From Convolutriloba macropyga (lineage: Eukaryota), in the NCBI RefSeq assembly GCF_964194025.1, contig NC_134473.1, positions 28,830,001 through 28,894,000 on the forward strand: a stretch of DNA of 64,000 bases, in the 5' to 3' direction. A program made the position numbers and the translations under genes. How positions within the stretch are numbered: position 1 is the first letter of the stretch; each line of letters starts with the position of its first letter. Below are positions 1 through 12,023 of this stretch, in pieces. The notes beneath the pieces were generated by a model. That model had not been told where the DNA came from. It did not search any database and worked only from the letters and a program-made list of their open reading frames with translations.

Positions 1-157
1 AATAATCTCAAAGCAAGGCCCAATTATAGACAGATCTCATTGACAACAAAATGAGGCCAAATGAACATGAGCCATGTCTTCAGAGAAAAGCTCATTTTGT
101 GGCATTGACAAGGTGTTTTTGTAAAATTTAAATGAATTCCTTTGTTTTACCTACATT

Positions 158-3100
158 TGTCATACTTTTCGCGGTCTCATGAATGTGTTATTGATCAAAG
201 TTGGGTTATTTAAGAGCTATAGGTGGACTTATGGAAAGCTTCCAGTTGTTATCTAATGACACTTAGGACTTCGAATGAATTTGTTCTAAGAAAATGTCTG
301 AAGTTATAAAGTTTGCCAATTTTCATCTTATTTTTGTCCACAAGTAGCTTAGTGTCAATATATACAGAAAAATTTATGCCAAGTGATGTGAACCATACAG
401 TCTTTCTAATGGTTTTATTTAAAACTAATGCTTTCTTGGCTTTCTTTCTGCGAAAATTCATCAGCCTTGTGATTTTTGCATATTTGCCTATTTTTGAGGT
501 TGTAATTTGTCCCTCTTTCAAATTGTCACATTATGAAAATCACTCAATAAATTGGCATTAAAAAATAGGCAAAGGAAATATAGATTTCATTGAATAGATT
601 AGAGTTTTAACGGCTGCACTCGCAAAAATTATAACAAATTTGTTTTTGCCTCTAATTGTAGTTATAGTAGTCGAACGGTATATTCTTGGCAACCAAAAGA
701 CTTAAATCCTTATATGGATGTTTTAATGAAAATATTAACTGATTATAGTTCGTAGCTATTGGTTTTAGTGATTTTCAATTAATTTTTTCAGATGTTTTTG
801 CATTTCCAAATCTTTGTTCTCAACTTAGTCTGATTTTTGACAGAGCTCATCAACTTTTTGTTGGTACAAAAATATTTGCGCAGTTGGTTAAGTTTTGACT
901 GACGTCTTTAAAGCTAATGAAAAGTGTTTTCATACAAAAAATCGTGAGTTTTCGATACTGGTACAATTTTGTGGTTCTTTCTTTTTTTCATACAAACCCC
1001 CTTTTCAAGGTAGACATTTCAAATCGAGAAATAAAGAAACTCAAGCAGAAAATTCAAATGTTTTCGGTGAAATAAAAATGTTTTGAATTGTTCTCAATGT
1101 CTTATAGTTTTGATGATTCAACACAGTGTCTTCGAGAAATTGTTAGTGAAAATTTGAGTTCAGTCGTATTCCGTATTTGATGTTTTGTCGTCTTATCATT
1201 CGGTCTCTCTAAAAAAGCACATTTAATTTCGTAGCAGTTGCAAGTTAATCTGCTTTTGTTTTAAGTAGAATTATGGTTTGTTTTGACTTTTTGAAAATAT
1301 CCGTGGACTTTTGAGCTTTGTCATTTTCGTATTCTTGCTGTCAATTTCGTAGCTTGGTCTTTGTAACAGCCGGTCGAATCCAATCTCTAGTGAACCAATA
1401 TGCAATCTTCATAATGGTTTCATATTCAACTAAATAGTTTCTTGGCTTTCGTATCACGCTTTTTCATAAGAGAAGAGTGATTTTTGGGCATTTGCTCATT
1501 TCTGATATGTCGTTTTCTTGCCACATTTGATATCTCTTGCTCGTTTGTTAGACAATTAAATCAAAACATGAATAAGCGGGTCCGGAACATTATGTGCAAA
1601 CGCACATTACCGAGCCTCATTGTTTCATTTAGAAAAACATTTGACAGCTGAGCCAATCAATATTTATGTAGGAACAACTGCTATAATATAGAAGGCTATA
1701 AATAGAATTCGTCTCGAATATGAAGAAACCATAACTAATTTTACGACAATTGTCTTCAGTTCTCAAAATATTATTAAATTCTTTAATCAACCTGATCAAA
1801 GACAAAGATTCAAACGGAAAAGGTTCAAAAAACAGATTGAAAACTTATATTGTTCAATTTTTTTCCATATTGTGGATCGAATTCAATTTAAAGTTATATG
1901 ATTGTAGGTGGACAACTGTTTGAATTTAGTTTTAAAGTAGTATCTTGAGCGAGTGTGTGATCATCAAATATCATGTCAGAATCAAATAAAAATTGATGAA
2001 AATAATCAAACTCATGAAAACACTATGCAGTATGGAATATAATTATGGCATTATGAGTGGCAGCTCAAAAGTGACATCCAACTGTTAAAATACACCAGTA
2101 CTAGATACCTTCAAACAAATATGCGATACCGTTACAACTACGGCTCTGTCTCTCCAATTCTGTCATACTTTTCGCGGTCTCATTAATTTGTGTTATGGAT
2201 CAAAGTTGGGTTATTTAAGAGCTATAGGTGGACTTATGGAATGCTTTCAGTTGTTATCTAATGACAATTAGGACTTCGAATGAATTTCTTCTAAGAAAAT
2301 GTCTGAAGTTATAAAGTTTACCAATTTTCATCTTATTTTTGTCCACAAGTAGCTTAGTGTCAATATATACAGAAAAATTTATGCCAAGTGATGTGAACCA
2401 TACAGTCTTTCTAATGGTTTTATTTAAAACTAATGGTTTATTGGCTTTTTTTCTACGAAATTTCATCAGCCTTGTAATTTTTGCATATTTGCCTATTTTT
2501 GAGGTTGTAATTGTCCCTCCTCTTTCAAATTGTCACATTATGAAAATAACTCAATAAATTGGCATTGAAAACATGGGCAAAAGAAATATAGATTTCATTG
2601 AATAGATTAGAGTTTTGACGGCTGCACTCTCGCAAAAAATATAACAACTTTGGTTTTGCCTCTAATTGTAGTTATATTAGTCGAACGGTATATTCTTGGC
2701 AACCAAAAGACTTAAATCCTTATATGGATGCTTTAATGAAAATATTAACTGATTATAGTTCGTACCTATTGGTTTTAGTGATTTTCAATTAATTTTTTTA
2801 GATGTTTTTGCATTTCCAAATTTTTGTTCTCAACTTAGTCTGATTTTTGACAGAGCTCATCAACTTTCTGTTGGTACAAAAATATTTGCGCTGTTTGTTA
2901 AGTTTTGACTGACGTCTTTAAAGCTAATGAAAAGTGTTTTCATACAAAAAATCGTGAGTTTTCGATACCGCTACAATTTTGTGGTTCTTTCTTTTTTTAT
3001 ACAGACCCCTTTTCAAGGTACACATTTCAAATCAAGAAATAAAGAAACTCAAGCAGAAAAATCAAATCTTTTCGGTGAAATCAAAATGTATTGAATTGTT

Positions 3101-4168
3101 TTCAATGTCTTATAGTTTTGATGATTCAACACAGTGTCTTCGAGACATTGTTCGTGAAAATTTGAGTTCTGTCGTATTCCGTATTTGATGTTTTTTCGTC
3201 TTATGATTCGGTCTCTCTAAAAAAGCACATCTACTTTCGTAGCAGTTGCAAGTTAATCTGCTTTTGTTTTAAGTAGAATTATGGTTTGTTTTGACTTTTT
3301 GAAAATATCCGTGGACTTTTGAGCTTTGTCATTTTCGTATTCCTGCTGTCAATTTCGTAGCTTGGTCTTTGTAACAGCCGGTCGAATCCAATCTCTAGTG
3401 AACCAATATGCAATCTTCATAATGGTTTCATATTCAACTAAATAGTTTCTTGGCTTTCGTATCACGCTTTTTCATAAGAGAAGAGTGATTTTTGGGCATT
3501 TGCTCATTTCTGATATGTCGTTTTCTTGCCACATTTGATATCTCTTGCTCATTTGTTAGACAATTAAATCAAAACATGAATAAGCGGGGCCGGAACATTA
3601 TGTGCAAACGCACATTATGGAACCTCATTGTTTCATTTAAAAAACATTTGACAGCTAAGCCAATCAACATTTATGTAGGAACAACTGCTATCAATAGAAG
3701 GCTATCAATAGAATTCGTCTCAACTATGAAGCAACCATAACTAATTTTACGACAATTGTCTTCAGTTCTCAAAATATTATTAAATTCTTTAATCAACCTG
3801 ATCCAAGACAAAGATTCAAACGGAAAAGATTAAAAAAACAGATTGAAAACTTATATTGTTCAATTTTGTTCCATATTGTGGATCGAACTCAATTTAAAGT
3901 TATATGATTGTAGATGGACAACTGTTTGAATTTAGTTTTAAAGTAGTATCTTGAGCGAGTGTGTGATCATCAAATATCATGTCAGAATCAAATAAAAATT
4001 GATGAAAATAAACAAACTCATGAAAACACTATGCAGTATGGAATATAATTATGGCATTATGAGTGGCAGCTCAAAAGTGACATCTAACTGTTAAAATACA
4101 CCAGTACTAGATAACTTCAACCAAATGTGCGATACCGTTACAACTACGGCTCTGTCTATCCAATTCTG
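158..4168. repeat. Tandem duplication of about 2.0 kb (158-2160 and 2161-4168), inside the ALKBH7-like intron
   Basis: TGTCATACTTTTCGCGGTCTCAT starts at 158 and 2161. Both units end GGCTCTGTCT(C/A)TCCAATTC(TG). The copies differ by scattered substitutions and small indels, and ORFs 249-521 and 2254-2466 are duplicates. Confidence 0.95.
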
Positions 4169-4305
4169 ATATCTATTAAAAACCAGTCTCTTGTTCTGAC
4201 TTGTCCCCAAGTACTTTACCTCTCAACGCTGAAGAAACAGATCCTATTCTAAACTATGTCAAGCAATTCTCGACAATTATTTAGCATTCATGTTATGAAA
4301 CATAC

Positions 4306-4678
4306 CTTTCGCTATCAATATGAGGTTTAATGTATCCCGAAGCTTCTATGTCCAAAACGTGTACAAGTTGACGAGGAGCATTCTGAAAATCCGCTACTCT
4401 CTTCACGCGATTAATGAGTTTAAGTGTCTCTGCTGACCAATTAGAACTCTCGAATTCACGAAAACCAATGATTGCGTCATCCCAGTGATCTCGTTGATAT
4501 TTCAGTTTTTTAGCCGCTTTTCACTTTCCTTCAACACTTGCACTTCTTGTTCAGAAGTTATAAAGTTAGGAAACAGTTTTAATTTAGGCGAAAACGATTT
4601 CAACGAATTTTGGAGCGCTTTGGAGAAAATAATGAACGATCTGAACCTTTCAGCACTTTCTAAGACATTCATATTCAT
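4306..4678 (-). CDS. ALKBH7: ALKBH7-like Fe(II)/2-oxoglutarate dioxygenase, one coding exon; apparent 1-nt frameshift near 4506-4511; remaining exons not found in the window
   Basis: Manual translation: ...LFPNFITSEQEVQVLKESEKRLK/LKYQRDHWDDAIIGFREFESSNWSAETLKLINRVKRVADFQNAPRQLVHVLDIEASGYIKPHIDSE. This matches the recalled ALKBH7 motifs HWD.AI.GFRE.E and VHVLD....GYIKPHxD. Acceptor TGTTTCAG lies just before 4678 and donor AG|GTATGT at 4305. Confidence 0.88.
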
Positions 4679-6336
4679 CTGAAACACAGACAGAGGAATG
4701 GAATTTATAAGAAAAAAAGAACAAATGTAGCATTGAATAAATATTTTAGCCTGTTCTCAAGTGTGTAGTTTTTATGAAACGGATAAATTAGATTACTGTT
4801 AAACAAACATGGCGATGCATTTACTTAGTAATAAATTATCGACAAAATAGCCTTAATGAATTCTTCTGAACTGTGTTCAACTGAAATTTCTTCAAAAAAG
4901 AATTTATACTTTTCAGCTGCGTGAGTACACGTTCACGGTCTCTATTTCGTGCAAATACAACTTGAAAAAAAATTTGATTACCAAACAATTCTCAAATTAA
5001 TATTTGTGAAAAATTCTGTAGACTATAAGAAACCCTTATCCTCTGGCTTGTTTATTTAGTTCTACATTTTATCTTTTATTTACTTTAAATAACTTGCCTG
5101 GTAAAAACATGACAAGAGAAAAACTATTGGACAACAATTATTGGATAGTCAACCATCAACACAATGCCAGATTGCAAAACCAAAATTATTGATTGACAAA
5201 AATAAATCTTTCCTTTCAATGAAAAAAGCAAAACAATATAGATTCTTTAATATCTGAACATAGATAGGCTCTCCAAATTTAACCTCATCTGCTTTAAAAA
5301 AAATAATGCCAACCTGCTGTTAGGGGTCTAAGCCAACGCAATTAATGTGATAATGGAATAGTGCCGGTCCCAAACCAGCTTGTTCTACTTGCAAGTCTAA
5401 TGTTCCACCCATTACGCCAACTTGTCTTAAGCCTCTCCAGGCAGCGTTCAGAAGTAGAGTTTCATTTCAAGCTATGACAAGCTTAACGTACGCGCAATTT
5501 GCAGTTGTTTCAGCGTTTCAACCTTCTAACATTGTTGAAGTAGCCCAGCTACTGCAACACTAAATTGACTGTTAGCACTATCTTTTCAACTGTTAGCTAT
5601 GCGTGCTGATGGAATCGTGTGATGTTGCCACAAATTCAAAGTTAAGAAAAATCTATGCAGGAGTATAAAATAACTTATGATAAAACGCATGGTAAAAAGA
5701 TCAATGTTTTTTCTGTTGAAGTTCCATTTACATCATTGAAAACAACGTGCATTTTTCGTATATGCGAGAGCAACCCATTATTCAACTGCATTATTCGCAC
5801 AAAGTAAGGGGCACAATTTGCTGTGAATAATTTCAAAAGGTGATCAAAGAGCTTTCTTAAATATTTACATTTGAAAAACAACTTTCAAATACAGACAGAT
5901 TCCTAAAATTTAACCTCGACTCGTGGAGCCGAGAGCAGCGTGCACATCGATGATGCCTAAATAGCCTGTACCAAGTAGCGGCACTAGTTTATTAGACAAA
6001 AAGTTTGATCTCAACGTACAACTGATTCAATTTATAGTTATTGTGATTCGCAACCAACTTAAGAACTCAGCTGAGCTAAAACTTTCCATTGAGAGAACTT
6101 TTCTATTGCACAAAATCAAAAGTTAATCGTAAAAAAAATTGCCAAAAAACAGACCTGTCACAGTAAAGTTTCAAATTACCTAAAAAATGCGTGACATTTA
6201 TTGCTACAATGTCTGGACCTAAACCCCCACATCTTACTCATTTTACTTGTAAGTCCAGTGTTCTACCCATTACAGCAATTATCTCTCTCACAAACCTTAA
6301 CGACACCAAAATTTACGTGTGGCTTACTGCTTAGAG

Positions 6337-6641
6337 GCTTACATGACAATATACCCAATACAAAAATACCCAATGTGCCAATACACCCAACGCCATAAAT
6401 TTATTCTCATTGAGCTTTCTGTTCAATTAAGCCCACAATTTAATCCCATGTTTGGTTGCGATGGTTTCATATAAAGTCCTACATGCGGCTGAGGCATGGC
6501 CATAGGCCACAAATGCATTAACTAAATATTATGATAAATAATTGTTCGGATAGTTTCAACATTAGGATAAAATATTGGGTACACTTTGAGTATTTTTTGT
6601 CACATTGGGTGTTCGAGCATTGGGTTTTTTACCCTCACACC
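6337..6641. mobile_element. Degenerate MITE-like element with inverted subterminal CCCAA/TTGGG repeats
   Basis: The left end has repeated (A/C)CCCAA units (6345-6392) and the right end has the inverted TTGGGT units (6572-6641). No TSD was resolved. Confidence 0.4.
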
Positions 6642-8399
6642 AATCAGAGTTATCTTGTTTAGAGACAATGAATTATTGAAATTTGAAAAAAAAGCCTATT
6701 GATATTGCACTATAAGCGGGCAACTATATGTTCACTTTAAAAATGATCAAAAACACCTTTGAAACACCGCTGATTAAAAATAAACCGTCGGGCCATAGAA
6801 ATGCGAACAGTTGGAGTGTCTCTCCAAAACTCATTTTAAAAATTGAAAGACTAAAATGTTGAAAAAAGCTAACATCAACAATATACAAAATAAGGAACAA
6901 CTGTAATATGTCCGCATAAAAAATTAAAGTGGCTTTTAAGTACCAAAAAGGGCAATTTGATTGGTAATATTTAAAATCAAATATCAACAAATATCTAAAT
7001 TTTCATCACTGATTCAGTTTTGAAAACCTACAAAATGGAGCTCCTCCAATGAGCTTAAGAAGACGTATCACAACAGATCGCCTACAGAATAGAAAATTTT
7101 CAAAAAAAATTGTTTATTTCTCAATGTGCAGAATATAGAACTATATTTTACATATTTCCGGTTACATTTTTGGATAGTTTTTGCTATGTTTCTCTAGACT
7201 AGCTCAGCCTTTATACATTGCAATTTCTTTTAAATGTTGCTAGGTGAGAATCTTGATGTTAGTTCGCAATGGTATATACAGTCAAGTATATATATTAGAG
7301 CGCTGGTAGTAACAACTGAGTTTATTGAAAATTTCTTGTTCTCTACAAATTCTCCTACCAAAGCTGGAAAGCTGATGCTTACTGTTAGTTTATTGTCCTG
7401 ATACCGTTGGACCAACTACTCTTCTGAGAAATGCCAATTCTACAACGTTGTCAGAACAAAAAATAACTTCGAGGAGTTCGAGTTCCTATCCCCTCACCCA
7501 TATTCGATTACAACAAACATTTATAGGACCGATAATTGTTTTATCACCACATAGTTTGGAAAGCATTACCGATTCAATCGAAAACATAGCCGGCAGATTG
7601 ACGGAAAATAGCCGCAATATACGCTTGTGGCCTTCCATGAATTGAAACAACAACAGAAATAAAATAGACAGATTGACCACCAGTCCTATAATAGACCACT
7701 AGACTTTTTGGTTACATTCGGACTGTCATTTTTATGAGATAAATACGTTCTAGAAAGAAGAAAACCCTAATGGAGCATTTTTAAATTTAATATTCGAAAT
7801 CAAAAACTCAAGACTCTAATACTCAAGAACTAGGGCATATAGTTTTGGCTTTGCTTAAATGCCACTATTGACCTTTAAATTGTAAATGTTCACAAAACTT
7901 AAAGTTCATTAAGCGAGTTCAGAAGTCATTTTTTGAGTGAGGTAATTCACGCAATTGACGTAAAGGCAGAAAAAAAGACGTCACGCAAATTTTAACCGCA
8001 AAGCGGTAGAAGTCACTGAAATTGAAAAAGTCAATTCCAAGAATTCAGGTAGCAACAATTATTGATGGACACGCCGAATTAAAAAACATAGCAGTATAAG
8101 TCCTGAAATACAATCCAAAGAAGTGAAAGAAAAACTGAGAACTATTGTACCTGACCATCAGATCAATTGAATCCCGGCCAAAAAGACACAAAAATCATTG
8201 CAAAAACTCTTGAAGCTTTTATCCTAAAGGGCACATATGATACAATTCAATGTACTCACTAACTCACGCAAAAGCCTTAAAAACATTTATTATCAACAAA
8301 AGGTAAATAAACGAGAAAAATGACAAATGCTTCAAAAAAACTGAAAAGAGCAAAACTTAAATATATTTTCTCAATTTCGCAAAAAAATGTTTAAAAATC

Positions 8400-9210
8400 T
8401 AAAAACAATTGCAAAATTTAAAAAAAATCTGCTAAATTCCGTAATATTATAATCTTCAGAGCCAATTCATTGTCTCCAGAGACTATCTAGTATCACTATT
8501 TGAAGCCTCAAATAGCTTTCGTGGCTCATAAAGCTCAATAAATTCCAAATACAACTTTTTGAAAATTTGAAAAAAAAAGAATTTCATAAAAAAATTTGCT
8601 TGAACTCGTGTTATTAAAATATTGATAATCAATCCATTACCTCTATATACTTTGCAGTAACTTATTATCAAACCCTAGACGAGGTTCCTCGGCCCATTGT
8701 GCCGGAAAAATTTGTTGTTAAAAAATTTTCAAAAAAAGCTCGCAAAATTGCAAGCTTTATTTTAAAAATTCTGCTAAAATTCGACATTAAAAATTAAAAA
8801 CTCCTTCATTGCCACTAGAAACTGTGCAGTAACCTTTTTTATCAAACCCTCCAGTAGGTTCCATGAAACTTCAGGCTAGAAAAGCCTTAAAAAATGACAA
8901 TTTTCAAAAACTCGAAAAAAATTGCAGTATCAAAAAATTGCTAAATTTTGTGATATTAAAATGTTGAAAACCATTCTATGGCTAAAATAAAATATTCAGT
9001 AACCCATAATCAAATCTTAGTGGAGGTTTCTTGGCACCTGGGGCTGGAAAAACTGACAATAAATATTTAAAAAATTATCAGAAAATTGCTAAATTTCGTG
9101 ATTTTAAATTGTTGAAAACAATTCTATTACAACTAGAAATTATGCAGTAAACTATTATCAAACTCTAGAGGAGGTTCCTTGACACCGAGGGCTGAAAAAT
9201 TCAAAAAATA
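8400..9210 (+). repeat. Degenerate tandem repeat, unit about 150-175 bp, 4-5 copies
   Basis: The motif CAGTAAC..TTATCAAA.CT....GAGGTTCC..G recurs near 8655, 8827, 8997 and 9146. GCTAAATT...ATT(A/T)AA also recurs at the same spacing. Confidence 0.7.
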
Positions 9211-10053
9211 ACAAAATTTTTTTCAACTTAAAATGTAAAATTAGTATAAAATTGCTTGTTTATGTTTTTAGTACCAAAACATATAGCTCTGAAAATGGTC
9301 ATAAAAAGTAAACATGTCTTCCAAAACACCATTATCAACTTTTACAAACCTCAATTGTAGACTGGTTTAACGAAAAATGGCGAAAAAAAACGCAAAAAAA
9401 TTGCAACATTTTGGGCTCGAAAACTAGAAAAGACCTTTTAACCTTGAATTACGGCCTTCCCAGTAGCTTCACCAATTTAAGTACTTGAAAGACTACTAAA
9501 CGCAGCTAAGGGCCTCTGAAACTTGATGCCCGCTGAGCGTCACCTGTTTATCCCGTTTTGAAGTTCAAAGTCATGAAAAAAAGGTGGGAAAACATCTTAT
9601 AAAAATTACAAAAGACAGCACCAATACAATCCAATTCTTGGATTGTAAAAACCATGATGTCCCCAATAATAGCCGCTATCGCTTCGCGGCTATTAACAAG
9701 GTAACATTTATAAATCGTTTATTGTATCAAAGATATGTCAACAGTCCGTGTTGTTTAGCATCAATCAGGTTCAGCCATGGCAAGACAATCTCTTCGAGTT
9801 TTCCATAATACTTTAATCCTAATCCACTCCAAATTTTCTAGGGCGATTGTCGTGTTTTAATTTGCCAATACATCGGCTCATAATTTTCTATGTATAAATT
9901 AAAAATAAGTTTTTGACGAATATCAAGATTATGGCAATGATTAAATTTCTAACAAGTAAAGATAACGATTGCTTGAATGACTGATAGAGTCTATCAAAAC
10001 AAATCCTTACTGTCATGTTCCACCGTCCGAGATGCTTTGTTCAATTCTATTGC

Positions 10054-10499
10054 TTAAGAGGTTTTAGTCTTCGCTCTTCTGTTTTTGCAGCAGCAGAACC
10101 AAATAAAAGCAATCACAGCACTGACGCATATCAAAAAGAAAGCAGTAAGCCCGAACAATGCAGTATACATCAGACGTGTGAGATTAACCAAAGGGGGTGG
10201 GTCCACAGCTTTGATCTCGCCCCGTTCAACTTGTTCCAAAATCTCAGCCGCCTTGTCAAAGCCACCCAATGACGTCATAATATTCTTGCTCTTTTTCAGG
10301 CTGTCGCGTATTTGTGCATTTTGTTCAGGCGAGAGAATCAATTCCATTTTGCGCGATATTTCAGCGAATGAAAGTTCGACCAGAGGCAGAGCCAAATTAT
10401 TCTGGACAAGCTGATAAGCGTTTGCCGGTTGATCACCAAAACCAGGAAAGACTAACATTGGAGTCTGGGAATATATTCCTTCTTGTACAGAGTTGGCTC
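10054..10499 (-). CDS. UDP-glycosyltransferase A (GT1/UGT family), exon 2: end of the UGT signature, TM helix and KxKxx tail
   Basis: Encodes (G)ANSVQEGIYSQTPMLVFPGFGDQPANA, the hydrophobic helix LMYTALFGLTAFFLICVSAVIAFIWF, and the C-terminus KTKTS*. Acceptor CACAG at 10504-10500 restores THAGANS with exon 1. Confidence 0.93.
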
Positions 10500-10927
10500 C
10501 TGTGAATTCAAACATAGTTCTTGAACAGCCGTTTTCTTTTCAGAAGTTTTTTCTCAAATTATTTTTAAAGTTAAACCACAAAATTATATTTCCAACATTT
10601 CATGCCGAGCAGCATTGCAATCACTAGTATTTTGACGGATGTACAGCTCACTTAATCCATAGCTCTCATTGAAACATCGCAATTACAGAAAAAAAATCAA
10701 ATCTCGCTTTCACATCAATGGGTGGCCTAGACAGCAGTTTTGATATAGAGCAGGACAAGATGTCGTTTTCCTGGCGCTTGTCAATTTTTAGTTCAATTCT
10801 AAAACTTTCGATAGTTTGCAACCAACTTCATTGAATTGCACCTTCATTAAAATTTCGCAAACTTGCTGAGCAGGTAGCGATCTGCCTTTTTATCAATATT
10901 TGAACAATAACTTTCTTTTACTATTAC

Positions 10928-12023
10928 CTGCATGAGTGACGAACACGTTGACCTTTTCCTTCATCAATAACGACAGCTGAGCTACATTTGTCACCAGCAA
11001 AACATTCCCTCCGTCAATTCCTTTTGCTTTCAACTCATTGTAGTAAAAATCAGAAGCCGACCAAATGATATCATACTTCTTCTGGGCAGCGAAATCAGAC
11101 AAAAGCTTTTCCAACTTAGTTATTTCCATCGTAAATAACGTTCCCAATGACAGATAAACAACTGGTTTGTCAGCTTTTTCCACAAAAGCTTCAATTTCTG
11201 AACTTAACGGTTTGAAACATGTTTGATCGGGTATATATCCTACGTGATGAATGTTATTTTTGTACTGCATGAAATGAACATTCGTCAAAAACACGTCCGG
11301 CGGTCCCATGTGAATAAAATTTGAAAACATGTAATAATAAACAAAGGGCAGTCCGAACGATATTCCCGCATCACGCAGCTTAGGCTCCAAAGGGAACTCG
11401 TCATAAAATTGATTAACTTCAGCGTAAATCTTTTCGGACACAAAATAATGCCATATACACCCAGTAGCAAATTTGATCAATTCCAGCACAAAATTGGGCA
11501 ACATAGTCTCAGGCATATAAACTAAACTCATTATTTCGTCAGGTTCAGCTTCCAAAAGTACAGAAAAGGGACCTACGTAATGTGCGACAACTGGAATTTT
11601 AAACAATTCCGCCGCTAAATATGATCCCAACAGCACATAGTCGGTCACAATTACGTCATAATTATGATGACTTTCCAAGAACTCGCGTGTTTTGTGAAAT
11701 GCAACGCGGGTCCCCTTTTCGTAAAATATGTCTTGCATTTGGAAAAGACCTTCTATTTGGCTATCCGCTTTTAGTGCTTGTACTTCATAAATTGGAGCGC
11801 TGAAACAGCTGGAAAAATTACTGAACAGCTTTGATACTTTTGATTCGCAGCAATCAGCTGCGACAAAAACTTCGACACTGTGACCTCTAGCAGAAAGCGC
11901 GCGGAAAATACCCGATGAAGGTGTAATGTGTCCAGTATAGCATGTTGATATTCCCAAAATATTTAAGGAATTGACTTCAATGAAAAGATGGTTAAACAGC
12001 AGAAGCGCCAGTAAACACTTCAT
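10928..12023 (-). CDS. UDP-glycosyltransferase A, exon 1 (spliced product 513 aa)
   Basis: Has a signal peptide, CYTGH with the catalytic His, ALSARGHSV, PVVYLSLGT and AQLSLL...FVTHAG. The donor CAG|GTAATA at 10927 is phase 1, and 1096+446 nt gives 514 codons. Confidence 0.93.

Noticed and set aside
249-3740. Short ORFs repeated in the 2-kb duplication
   Set aside because: No recognisable domains and mostly non-ATG starts; the repetition reflects DNA duplication, not coding conservation.
5310-5640. Moderately GC-richer, coding-looking stretch upstream of the ALKBH7 exon
   Set aside because: Stops in the frames examined and no recognisable motif; cannot be assigned.
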